Shown here one piece after another: positions 28,178 through 39,100 of a stretch of DNA of 64,000 bases. Source of the stretch: Balanoglossus misakiensis (lineage: Eukaryota; Animalia; Hemichordata). The position numbers were made by a program, and so were the translations under genes. The notes below the pieces were generated by a model. That model was not told the origin of the DNA. It saw only the letters and a program-made list of their open reading frames with translations, and did not search any database. Numbering within the stretch: the stretch's first letter is position 1; each line of letters starts with the position of its first letter. The stretch is taken from assembly GCA_040954595.2 (NCBI GenBank), contig JBECUI020000046.1, forward strand, positions 1 through 64,000, written 5' to 3'.

Positions 28178-28896
28178 AATATCATATTGAGGAAGATTAT
28201 AAGGCTATGAGTGAGACCGCCGCCAATATCATGATTGAAACGGTCATGCACAAATCAGCGACATTTATTCTTGCCTCAGGCAGAACCCCGACGCTTGCGT
28301 ATCAGCTATTCTGCAAAAAATACAAAGAACAAAATATTTCACCACAGAACTTAAAAATCATAGTGCTCGATGAATGGTATGGTCTTCCTTTTGCTCACCC
28401 ATCTTCCTGTTACTGCTACATATATAGGCATATCATACAACCGCTTTCCATTCCTACTGAGAATTTCCTGTATTTTAATAGTAGTTGCGAAGAGCCGGAA
28501 CAGGAATGTGAAAGAATACAACAAGAGATAGCCGATATGGATATCGATTTATGCGTATTGGGCATAGGACTGAACGGTCATATAGGGTTTAATGAACCAG
28601 GCTCGGAACTCCAGATCAATGTGCACCATAGCGATTTATCACAGACATCTCTTGAACATCCTATGATACAAAAAGAAACAATCTTGCTCAAAGGTGGTAT
28701 GACTATTGGACTGAGTGGAATATTCTCAGCAAAAAAGATACTTCTATTAGCAACAGGCGTCCATAAAAGGAGTGTTGTCGACTCACTTGTTCGTGCTGAT
28801 ACTGTATCACCTGCCAATCCGGTATCTTACCTCTTGTTGCACCCCAATGGGAATTGCATACTTGATAAAGAATCTGCTAGAAGTCAGCCACTATAA
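28174..28896 (+). CDS. Glucosamine/galactosamine-6-phosphate deaminase/isomerase (NagB family)
   Basis: LASGRTP, LDEWYGL, LGIGLNGHIGFNEPG. Confidence 0.88.
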   Translation: MKYHIEEDYKAMSETAANIMIETVMHKSATFILASGRTPTLAYQLFCKKYKEQNISPQNLKIIVLDEWYGLPFAHPSSCYCYIYRHIIQPLSIPTENFLYFNSSCEEPEQECERIQQEIADMDIDLCVLGIGLNGHIGFNEPGSELQINVHHSDLSQTSLEHPMIQKETILLKGGMTIGLSGIFSAKKILLLATGVHKRSVVDSLVRADTVSPANPVSYLLLHPNGNCILDKESARSQPL

Positions 28897-28935
28897 TACC
28901 AGTCAATGAAGTTTTAAGTAAAAATTACAGCTTAA

Positions 28936-29250
28936 ATTTCAATCAAAACCGCACATTTCGCAGTAGTTCTTAATACCACCCCTGATGGGTGGGGGCTGTG
29001 GATGGGGGGATCATACAAAAAAAAAATGATAAATATCCGCACCTATTTCAATCAAAAGCGCACATTTCGCAGTAGTTCTTAATACCACCCCTGATGGGTG
29101 GGGGTTGTGGATGGGGGGATCATACAAAAAAAAATTGATAAATATCCGCACCTACTTCAATCAAAACCGCACATTTCGCAGTAGTTTGTAATACCACCCC
29201 TGAAAAAAATTGATAAATATCCGCACCCACTTCAATCAAAACCCCACATT
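28936..29250 (-). repeat. Tandem copies of the same hairpin element, ~109-bp period, inverted relative to the 14-kb array
   Basis: ttcaatcaaaa at 28938, 29047, 29156 and 29231; ccaccc-ctgat-gggtgg hairpin; the third copy lacks the right arm. Confidence 0.9.
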
Positions 29251-29263
29251 TTGCTTTAGGGGC

Positions 29264-29292
29264 TTGTCGTTTGCATATTTTGATACTATAAT
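29264..29292 (+). promoter_or_regulatory. Promoter shared near-identically by paralogs 3, 4 and 5
   Basis: TTGTCG-17 bp-TATAAT; recurs at about 36020-36048 and 42234-42262; RBS GAGG before each ATG. Confidence 0.7.
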
Positions 29293-29352
29293 ATAGGATT
29301 GTATAAAAAATATACCTAAGTATATTACTCAATAAAAACAGAGAGGTTATAA

Positions 29353-32300
29353 ATGAGTTATAAAGCATTCTTGATTGCTATTAGTGTTGTGTTAGTTGTT
29401 GTTCTTTCAGCTTGTGGGGGTGCATCTGGAGGAGGGGGAGAAACGATAGTTGTTGACCCGGCAACGGGAGTACGTGCACAATTCGTAGCAGCCGATGCAA
29501 TTACAGTTTCATGGTCTGCACCAAGTACAGGCACAGGCACCTATACGTACACCATAACCCTAAGTTCGGGAAATGCACCGGTACAAACAACAGATGTAAC
29601 TGGTACATCGCATACATTTTCAGGATTGCAGTTAAGTGCGGAAACAGTCTACACAGTAGAAGTCGTAGCCAAGCAGGGCACTTCTTCTTCTCAGGTAGCA
29701 CGTTTTGATTTACCGGCAACCGGTAAGGTTGCAGAAGCAGGAACAAGCGTAAGCGATGTAGCAACTGCTGCAGGCAATGATGCTGCAACTCAGATAAGGG
29801 TATCGTGGACAGCCCCGACTGGACGTAGCGATGTTCAGGGATATACAATCCAATTAACACCAACAGGTGGAGCAGCCTTAGATCCGATTTCCGTTGCTGC
29901 TGGCGAGCTATCTACCCTTATTTCCAACCTTGATCCGGCAACGGAGTATGCAGTTGAGGTTACAGCAACCTATGCCGATGGAGCGAGTACTTCCATACCT
30001 GCACCTGCCACCGTACAAACATCAGCCGAACAGCTGGGCACTTTGGAACCATCAGCATCTCAATCAGCCCGAACCATTACAGTTAGTTGGCAAGCCATTT
30101 CCTCCCGAGACCTGACCTATACGGTCTATTTGGCAACAACAGAGACCGGAATAATAGATGCGGCGAATGAGCAGGCAGCCCCATCCTTTCAAGCAGATTT
30201 ATCCCTTTGGTCATTGACCATTGATGGGCTAGAACCGAATACCCCCTATTACATTGTTGTTACCGTACCGAGCGAAAACATAGAAAGTGCTCCTTTGCAG
30301 GTAACAACATTTGGATTGGAGGCAGTAGCCCCCAATATGGTGAGCAACATTGTAAAGGATGATACCGAGAAGACAGCAGGCAACCTCAAGCTGAACTGGC
30401 AGGACTCACGAGGAACAAATACGAATGGGGATACTGTTGAAAGCATTTACACTGTAGAGTATCAAAAGGTGGGAACATCGGACGCCCCACTCAGTCAAGT
30501 GGGCACGAGTGCCCCGACACTTACCTTAACCGGGCTGGAAGAAGCGACCGATTACGCTATTCGTATAGAGGCAGTAAACAGTTTTAATTCCGATTTAGTA
30601 AGTGAGACCGACCCACCTGTAGTTCTTACCAGCAACGGTATTAAACCTCTGCTTATTCAGCAAAATGGCGTGGACCTAACTACTCTGACCTTGGCAATAG
30701 CCGAGGGAGCGATCCTAAGTGTTCCCTCATCGGTTTTTGTTAATGTAGAGAATACGAATATTGATTGGGAAAGTAGTAACGAACAGGAAGTTTCGGTGCT
30801 GAATGGAGAGATAAGGGCATTGGCAGTTACCGATGGCGTAACAATTACGGCGACATCAAATGCAGATGCGAGTAAAACTGCAACGGTTACAGTACAGGTA
30901 ACAGGGTTTGTGGATGTGCAGAGATCATCGGCAGCAAGACGCATTACAGTTCGCTGGGAACCAATTTCAGCAGCAGAACTTACATACACCGTCTATCTGG
31001 CAACTGCGGAAGCAGGATTAATTGATAATGCCAACAAGCAAGATGCACCGACACTGGATCCGGGTACTGCTTGGTGGACATTGGATATTACCGGATTAAC
31101 CCCGGAAACATCCTACTATGTAGTGGTGCAAGCGGAGGGTCAAGGAGGTGCAACGGCAACAAGTGCGATCTTAACAATAGACACACGAGCCTCAGGTGTT
31201 TCGGCTCCTGATGCGGTTTCAGGAATAGTCAAAGATAATACGGAGAAGGGGCAAGGAAACTTAAAAATTAACTGGCTTGTCTCAGAAGGAACCGATGATG
31301 ACGGCAATCCAATTGCAAGCACGTACAATGTTGAGTATCAAAATCTGAGATCAAACGAATTGTTCACTCAAGAAGGTATAACGGACACGACTCTTACATT
31401 AACAGGCTTGGACGAAGCGACCGATTACGCTATTCGTATAGAGGCAGTGCATAGCGTTGATATAACTAAAGCGAGCCCTTGGACAGAACCGCCTGTAACC
31501 CTTACCAGCAACGGTATTCGTACACTTGAGATACGAGATGCCAATGGCAATGAGATCCCCGGGAACACGTTGACCCTTCCTGTTGGACAGCAAAAAACCC
31601 TAACAGTTCCTGCATCATTGTTTATCAATGTTGCTGATGCCAATGTAAATTGGACAAGTTCCGATGAAACAAAGGCAACAGTAACAGGAGGAGTTGTTTC
31701 TGCAGTCTCAGACGGTACGGCAACCATTACGGCAGCAGCAGCGGCAGATTCCACAAACACGGCAACTGTAACGGTAACTGTGCCCGGATTAGAGAACGTC
31801 ATCCTGTATGACCCGGCAACGCTTACAGCTACCTATCCGGTTACCACAGCAGTCCTAGGAGCAAATCCGCAAGGACTTCCGGTTGCCGGTCTGGAACTAT
31901 CCTATACGGGAACACTAAGCGACGGAAATCCATTACCTGTAGGCATAAGCCTTGCATCGGATGGAACCATTAGTCTGGATTCGGATGCAGAACTTGGTAC
32001 ATCCACACTCAGCATTACAGCAACAGCAGATGGCTATACCAGTAGTGCAACCCAAGACCTAACAGTAACGGTAGAATCCCCACAAGTAAGAGAGTTTGTT
32101 ATAGAATCTGAACCATCAGCAACAAGCATAGTACTGACTTGGGCACCCATCGTTGATATTGATGTAACCTACACCGTCTATTTTTCTGATACGAGTACTG
32201 ATATAGAAAACCCAGCCAATGAACAGGCAGCCCCGACACTAGTCGAAGGGAAATGGACAGTTATCATTGATAATTTGCTCCCGGAGACTGACTACTATGT

Positions 32301-35300
32301 AGTCATTAAGGCGTTCTTAACCGGCGGCATTGTAGATGAAACAAGCCCCACTCAAACGGTAAGGACAAACGCATCTGGTGCGACTGCACCGGGGGTAGTC
32401 AATAAGGATACTATTACGAAGGATAATGCGGTAAGCGAGAAAGGAACCCTTGCTCTGAACTGGGATGCCGCTACTCGTGGAACAGATCTAAACGGTAATT
32501 TAGTTGCGAACACCTACACCGTCCAGTATCGGGTAGAAGGCGAAAGCGCTTGGATCAATGGAGGAACAGTTGCGACACCGAGCATAACCATAACCTCTCT
32601 TGATGAAGCAAGCCCGTATGAGATCCAAATTCGTACGAAGAATTCTAGCGATCCTAGCATGGAAAGTGCGTGGACAGCTCCGGTTACATTAGTCAGTAAC
32701 GGTATAGGACAGCTGGAGATACATGACAATAACGGAAAGATAACGGAACTGACCATAGATGTTAATCAAACAAAACAGCTACTAGTTCCCCATAGATTCT
32801 TTGTTAATGTGGCAAATACGAATATACTCTGGACAAGTTCCGATGAAACAAAGGCAACAGTAACACCAGCAGGCGTTATTTCTGCAGTCTCGGACGGTAC
32901 GGCAACCATTACGGCAACAGCAGAGGCAGATCCTACAAAATCTGCAATGGTAACGGTAACCATGCCCGGATTAGAGAATGTTATCCTCTACAACACCGAT
33001 AGCATTGCAACTCTTTTTGGTCAAGAGCACGGACTCGATCCATCTCCACAAAATTTACCGGCAGGTACAGTATTATCGTATACTGCCACACTTGAAAACG
33101 GCCTTCCTTTACCTGCTGGCGTAACTGTAGGAGCAGATGGGCGTATAATTGTTTTAGGAACTACTCAGGTGGATACCTATCAGATAGTGGTAACAGCCAC
33201 TGCTAATGGATATAATAATCCTGTATCACAGACAATAACCCTAACTGTTACTACGTTGAGACTTACAGGATCGTTTTTGCATGGGGATAGCATAGTCGCG
33301 GAAGGGTTTTCACTGGAGCTTACCGAGAATACTTTGAATGATCCTGCTCCCCGCTGGAGCATGACGGGCAATCCCTCCGGCATGACCATTAATGCGGCAA
33401 CTGGTACGATAACAGTGGATAATACAGTTCCCCAGGGCCCAGTAACAGTAACGATTACCGCAACAGCTACAAGCACCGGATATTCGGGGGAGATAAGCAT
33501 AGAGATAATAGTGTCCGTAAAAACAGCTATAATGGGAACGTTTAGTTACGGGGCGAATCCCGAAGTAATAGCAGGAACATCGCTTGAACTTACTGTGAAT
33601 ACCATTAATGATCCAAATCCGATATGGAGCATAAGTGATATTCCGGGCATATCCATTGGAAACGACGGAAGAATAACAGTAACAGAGGCTGTTTCTGATA
33701 GTCAGTATACAGTAGACGTTACGGCAACTTCGTCCCCGACTGGCAACTATCTTGGAAGCATTGTTTTGGAAGATATTGTTCTGACCATTAAAAAACCTTT
33801 TGAGGGGCAGTTCATGTACGAAGATCGTTTATCAGTATTGGTAGGAGATACGAAAAATTTTAGCTTATTTCCCTCCGAGCCACAGTACACACTTCCTCTT
33901 CCTGTAGATTCTGTAATATGGAGCCTCGTGGTAACGCCTCCCCAGGGAGCGAACATGCCGATCGGAGCTATTACCATTAATCAGTCGAACGGAGGCTTGC
34001 AAGTATTGGATTCCTTGTCTGCAGGGCAGTATACGCTAACAATTACTGCTGCTCCGCCAATATCTGACTTTTTTGTTGGAACTGTTACCATTGACTATAT
34101 ATTATATGTAATATCAAGTTCTATTGAATATAAGGCTGATTTTGATATTGAAGAACAAGGGTACTTTAGTATGGGAGACATTGATAACCCTTTCCTCTTT
34201 TTGACGGGAGAAAGCACGGCTGACGGATTAACAGCCAGCTTGCTTATAACAGATCTAGTAACGAATACTGATGTCTACACTGCTACTAATGATGCTACCT
34301 TGCTTACAGTTTCGGAGGATGAAAACGGATTTCCTATTGTAGGTTTTGGTCCACAAATGACGTATTCCAATTGGCAAAGCATAACGGGCGATCAAGTTCG
34401 TATAGTAGCAACCTTAAATCGTCCATTAGCATCAGGTGGGCAAGTTTCGCTTACCCTTCAGAAGAGCAAACGCCCTGAAGGAGAGATTCATACTTGGCGA
34501 GATCTTCAGGCCATTCGGCATAAGACTAACCGCTCATATCAAATAATGAAAGATATTAGGTTTCCGGCACCCGGGACCTATGCCTTTCCGACTGAGGGCT
34601 TGATACTTTTTTCTTTCAGCTCTAACTTAGATGGTCAAGGTCATACCATTGAAGATCTGTACATCCATAGGACAGGAGTTGACAATGTCGGACTCATTAG
34701 CCAGATAGGGAGTGGTAGACGGATTACAAATTTGGTATTGGTCAATCCTCATGTTTATGGACGAGATTATGTTGGTGCTATAGTAGGTCAAGCAGGTCGG
34801 AATAGTGTAATATCAAACATTAGCATAGTAACTGACGATCCTACTGTGCCACATATTTCCGGTAGAGACCAAGTTGGAGGTATTACGGGTTATGCTGAAG
34901 GCACAAGTATTGTTGGAATTCGATCGACTGCATCTGTTTACGGCAATGAGGCCGTAGGTGGCATTGCAGGAAAGATTCAGCGATATGTTTCAAGAGGTAT
35001 CGAACAGAATCCTATTGTCGTGATAGGAAGTGTTACTGGAGGCGCTATAATAAGTGGGACGAATAATCTTGGTGGATTAGCAGGTCTGGTTACCTACCAT
35101 ACGACCGGCACTGCCTCACGTATGTTTGGTTATACGGATGTTCATCTTTCGTTACGATCTTCGACATCTCGTAGAGCTGGTTCACTTGTAGGAACTATGT
35201 ACGCCGCCACAACCGGATATTCTGTTGGCACTGGGTCTGGGGGGCAGACTCCTACAGGTTTAGCAGGAGAGAAGTTAGGTGCACCACTAACGGGCTTCAC

Positions 35301-35763
35301 AACGTTTAGGAGCCCGGCAAGTTTATTTGCCCTTGTATTTACCGTGTACAACGGGCAGCAGGCTTGGAACATTGCCTCCGTCTATGCTGATCAGAATGTG
35401 GTATCTGGTAACCTGTTAATGAGCACTACTACTAGTTTTCTTAATCAAAATGCCCATCGAAGTGATGATTTTGAACAATGGGTTTCTGCTGAAGCCAACC
35501 TAGTACGGCGTGGAGCAGGAACAGGAACCGATCCCTACACCTACTGGGACACAAAGGGTACCACAGATGTAGTCGATGACCTACAAGTCTTTAATACTGC
35601 TCAGTGGACAATACATGATAGTTTTGGTTCGACAGACTATAGTGGAAGCACTCCTTCCGAGATAGGCGACTGGGTCTGGGTAGGTGACGGCAGATGGCCA
35701 AGTCTCTGGGATACAGCAGATAGATTCTTTTTTGGTGAACAGCCCGAATACAAGGCACAGTAG
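29353..35763 (+). CDS. Giant surface lipoprotein paralog 3 (2136 aa)
   Basis: MSYKAFLIAISVVLVVVLSA-C lipobox; FN3/Big_2 modules; GLUG-type tip; conserved C-terminus. Confidence 0.92.
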   Translation: MSYKAFLIAISVVLVVVLSACGGASGGGGETIVVDPATGVRAQFVAADAITVSWSAPSTGTGTYTYTITLSSGNAPVQTTDVTGTSHTFSGLQLSAETVYTVEVVAKQGTSSSQVARFDLPATGKVAEAGTSVSDVATAAGNDAATQIRVSWTAPTGRSDVQGYTIQLTPTGGAALDPISVAAGELSTLISNLDPATEYAVEVTATYADGASTSIPAPATVQTSAEQLGTLEPSASQSARTITVSWQAISSRDLTYTVYLATTETGIIDAANEQAAPSFQADLSLWSLTIDGLEPNTPYYIVVTVPSENIESAPLQVTTFGLEAVAPNMVSNIVKDDTEKTAGNLKLNWQDSRGTNTNGDTVESIYTVEYQKVGTSDAPLSQVGTSAPTLTLTGLEEATDYAIRIEAVNSFNSDLVSETDPPVVLTSNGIKPLLIQQNGVDLTTLTLAIAEGAILSVPSSVFVNVENTNIDWESSNEQEVSVLNGEIRALAVTDGVTITATSNADASKTATVTVQVTGFVDVQRSSAARRITVRWEPISAAELTYTVYLATAEAGLIDNANKQDAPTLDPGTAWWTLDITGLTPETSYYVVVQAEGQGGATATSAILTIDTRASGVSAPDAVSGIVKDNTEKGQGNLKINWLVSEGTDDDGNPIASTYNVEYQNLRSNELFTQEGITDTTLTLTGLDEATDYAIRIEAVHSVDITKASPWTEPPVTLTSNGIRTLEIRDANGNEIPGNTLTLPVGQQKTLTVPASLFINVADANVNWTSSDETKATVTGGVVSAVSDGTATITAAAAADSTNTATVTVTVPGLENVILYDPATLTATYPVTTAVLGANPQGLPVAGLELSYTGTLSDGNPLPVGISLASDGTISLDSDAELGTSTLSITATADGYTSSATQDLTVTVESPQVREFVIESEPSATSIVLTWAPIVDIDVTYTVYFSDTSTDIENPANEQAAPTLVEGKWTVIIDNLLPETDYYVVIKAFLTGGIVDETSPTQTVRTNASGATAPGVVNKDTITKDNAVSEKGTLALNWDAATRGTDLNGNLVANTYTVQYRVEGESAWINGGTVATPSITITSLDEASPYEIQIRTKNSSDPSMESAWTAPVTLVSNGIGQLEIHDNNGKITELTIDVNQTKQLLVPHRFFVNVANTNILWTSSDETKATVTPAGVISAVSDGTATITATAEADPTKSAMVTVTMPGLENVILYNTDSIATLFGQEHGLDPSPQNLPAGTVLSYTATLENGLPLPAGVTVGADGRIIVLGTTQVDTYQIVVTATANGYNNPVSQTITLTVTTLRLTGSFLHGDSIVAEGFSLELTENTLNDPAPRWSMTGNPSGMTINAATGTITVDNTVPQGPVTVTITATATSTGYSGEISIEIIVSVKTAIMGTFSYGANPEVIAGTSLELTVNTINDPNPIWSISDIPGISIGNDGRITVTEAVSDSQYTVDVTATSSPTGNYLGSIVLEDIVLTIKKPFEGQFMYEDRLSVLVGDTKNFSLFPSEPQYTLPLPVDSVIWSLVVTPPQGANMPIGAITINQSNGGLQVLDSLSAGQYTLTITAAPPISDFFVGTVTIDYILYVISSSIEYKADFDIEEQGYFSMGDIDNPFLFLTGESTADGLTASLLITDLVTNTDVYTATNDATLLTVSEDENGFPIVGFGPQMTYSNWQSITGDQVRIVATLNRPLASGGQVSLTLQKSKRPEGEIHTWRDLQAIRHKTNRSYQIMKDIRFPAPGTYAFPTEGLILFSFSSNLDGQGHTIEDLYIHRTGVDNVGLISQIGSGRRITNLVLVNPHVYGRDYVGAIVGQAGRNSVISNISIVTDDPTVPHISGRDQVGGITGYAEGTSIVGIRSTASVYGNEAVGGIAGKIQRYVSRGIEQNPIVVIGSVTGGAIISGTNNLGGLAGLVTYHTTGTASRMFGYTDVHLSLRSSTSRRAGSLVGTMYAATTGYSVGTGSGGQTPTGLAGEKLGAPLTGFTTFRSPASLFALVFTVYNGQQAWNIASVYADQNVVSGNLLMSTTTSFLNQNAHRSDDFEQWVSAEANLVRRGAGTGTDPYTYWDTKGTTDVVDDLQVFNTAQWTIHDSFGSTDYSGSTPSEIGDWVWVGDGRWPSLWDTADRFFFGEQPEYKAQ

Positions 35764-35805
35764 AAATCAGTAGAAATCAATAGAAATCGATAGAATCCGA
35801 TAGAT

Positions 35806-35837
35806 AGCAGCGGAGCATAGCCTCCGCTGCTTTTTTT
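35806..35837 (+). terminator. Rho-independent terminator
   Basis: agcagcggag-catagc-ctccgctgct + T-run. Confidence 0.88.
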
Positions 35838-35871
35838 GTTTGAGGTAGAGCCAAAAAATCAAGTAAAATAT

Positions 35872-35996
35872 GCACCTACTTCAATCAAAACCGCACATTT
35901 TGCAGTAGTTCTTAATACCACCCCTGATGGGTGGGGGTTGTGGATGGGGGCATTATACAAAAAAATTGATAAATATCCGCACCCACTTCAATCAAA
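35872..35996 (-). repeat. Hairpin element copy between paralogs 3 and 4
   Basis: Matches the 28936-29250 units. Confidence 0.88.
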
Positions 35997-36108
35997 CATG
36001 TATATTTTGCTTTAGGGGCTTGTCGTTTGCATATTTTGATACTATAATATATGACTGTATAAAAAATATACCTAAGTACATTACTCAATAAAAACAGAGA
36101 GGTTATAA

Positions 36109-39100
36109 ATGAGTTATAAAGCATTGTTGATTGCTATTAGTGTTGTGTTAGTTGTTGTTCTTTCAGCTTGTGGGGGTGCATCTGGAGGAGGGGGAGAAAC
36201 GATAGTTGTTGACCCGGCAACGGGAGTACGAGCACAGTTCGTAGCAGCCGATGCAATTACAGTTTCATGGTCTGCACCGAGTACAGGCACAGGCACCTAT
36301 ACGTACACCATAACCCTAAGTTCGGGAAATGCACCGGTACAAACAACAGATGTAACTGGTACATCGCATACATTTTCAGGATTGCAGTTAAGTGCGGAAA
36401 CAGTCTACACAGTAGAAGTCGTAGCCAAGCAGGGCACTTCTTCTTCTCAGGTAGCAAGTGTTGATTTACCGGCAACCGGTACGGTTGCAGAAGCAGGAAC
36501 AAGCGTAAGCGATGTAGCAACTGCTGCAGGCGATGATGCTGCAACTCAGATAAGGGTATCGTGGACAGCCCCGACTGGACGTAGCGATGTTCAGGGATAT
36601 ACAATCCAATTAACACCAACAAGTGGAGCAGCCTTAGAACCTATTTCCGTTGCTGCTGGCGAGCTATCTACCCTTATTTCCAACCTTGATCCGGCAACGG
36701 AGTATGCAGTTGAGGTTACAGCAATATATCCAAACGGAGATAGTACTTCCATACCGGCACCTGCCACCGTACAAACATCAGCCGAACAGCTGGGCACTTT
36801 GGAACCATCAGCATCTCAATCAGCCCGATCCATTACAGTTAGTTGGCAAGCCATTTCCTCCCGAGACCTGACCTATACGGTCTATTTGGCAACAACAGAG
36901 ACCGGAATAATAGATGCGGCGAATGAGCAGGCAGCCCCATCCTTTCAAGCAGATTTATCCCTTTGGTCATTGACCATTGATGGGCTAGAACCGAATACTC
37001 CCTATTACATTGTTGTTACCGTACCGAGCGAAAACATAGAAAGTGCTCCTTTGCAGGTAACAACATTTGGATTGGAGGCAGTAGCCCCCAATATGGTGAG
37101 CAACATTGTAAAGGATGATGCCGAGAAGACAGCAGGCAACCTCAAGTTGAACTGGCAGGACTCACGAGGAACAGATACGAATGGGGATCCTGTTGAAAGC
37201 ATTTACACTGTAAAGTATCAAAAGGTGGGAACATCGGACGCCCCACTCAGTCAAGTGGGCACGAGTGACCCGACACTTACCTTAACTGGGCTGGAAGAAG
37301 CGACCGATTACGAGATTCGTATACAAGCAGTAAACAGTTTTAATTCCGATTTAGTAAGTGAGACCGACCCACCTGTAGTTCTTACCAGCAACGGTATTAA
37401 ACCTCTGCTTATTCAGCAAAATGGCGTGGACCTAACTACTCTGACCTTGGCAATAGCCGAGGAGCGATCCTAAGTGTTCCCTCATCGGTTTTTGTTAATG
37501 TAGAGAATACGAATATTGATTGGGAAAGTAGTAACGAACAGGAAGTTTCGGTGCTGAATGGAGAGATAAGGGCATTGGCAGTTACCGATGGCCTAACAAT
37601 TACGGCGACATCAAATGCAGATGCGAGTAAAACTGCAACGGTTACAGTACAGGTAACAGGGTTTGTGGATGTGCAGAGATCATCGGCAGCAAGACGCATT
37701 ACAGTTCGCTGGGAACCAATTTCAGCAGCAGAACTTACATACACCGTCTATCTGGCAACTGCGGAAGCAGGATTAATTGATAATGCCAACAAGCAGGATG
37801 CACCGACACTGGATCCGGGTACTGCTTGGTGGACATTGGATATTACTGGATTAACCCCGGAAACATCCTACTATGTAGTGGTGCAAGCGGAGGGTCAAGG
37901 AGGTGCAACGGCAACAAGTGCGATATTAACAATAGACACACGAGCCTCAGGTGTTTCGGCTCCCGATGCGGTTTCAGGAATAGTCAAAGATAATACGGAG
38001 AAGGGGCAAGGAAACTTAAAAATTAACTGGCTTGTCTCAGAAGGAACCGATGACGACGGCAATCCAATTGCAAGCACGTACAATGTTGAGTATCAAAATC
38101 TGAGATCAAACGAATTGTTCACTCAAGAAGGTATAACGGACACGACTCTTACACTAACAGGCTTGGACGAAGCGACCGATTACGCTATTCGTATAGAGGC
38201 AGTGCATAGCGTTGATATAACTAAAGCGAGCCCTTGGACAGAACCGCCTGTAACCCTTACCAGCAACGGTATTCGTACACTTGAGATACGAGATGCCAAT
38301 GGCAATGAGATCCCCGGGAACACGTTGACCCTTCCTGTTGGACAGCAAAAAACCCTAACAGTTCCTGCATCATTGTTTATCAATGTTGCTGATGCCAATG
38401 TAAATTGGACAAGTTCCGATGAAACAAAGGCAACAGTAACAGGAGGAGTTGTTTCTGCAGTCTCAGACGGCACGGCAACCATTACGGCAGCAGCAGCGGC
38501 AGATTCAACAAACACGGCAACTGTAACGGTAACTGTGCCCGGATTAGAGAACGTCATCCTGTATGACCCGGCAACGCTTACAGCTACCTATCCGGTTACC
38601 ACTGCAGTCCTAGGAGCAAATCCGCAAGGACTTCCGGTTGCCGGTCTGGAACTATCCTATACGGGAACACTAAGCGACGGAAATCCATTACCTGTAGGCA
38701 TAAGCCTTGCATCGGATGGAACCATTAGTCTGGATTCGGATGCAGCAGTTGGTACATCCACACTCAGCATTACAGCAACAGCAGATGGCTATACCAGTAG
38801 TGCAACCCAAGACCTAACAGTAACGGTAGAATCCCCACAAGTAAGAGAGTTTGTTATAGAATCTGAACCATCAGCAACAAGCATAGTACTGACTTGGGCA
38901 CCCATCGTTGATATTGATGTAACCTACACCGTCTATTTTTCTGATACGAGTACTGATATAGAAAACCCAGCCAATGAACAGGCAGCCCCGACACTAGTCG
39001 AAGGGAAATGGACAGTTACCATTGATAATTTGCTCCCGGAGACTGACTACTATGTAGTCATTAAGGCGTTCTTAACCGGCGGCATTGTAGATGAAACAAG

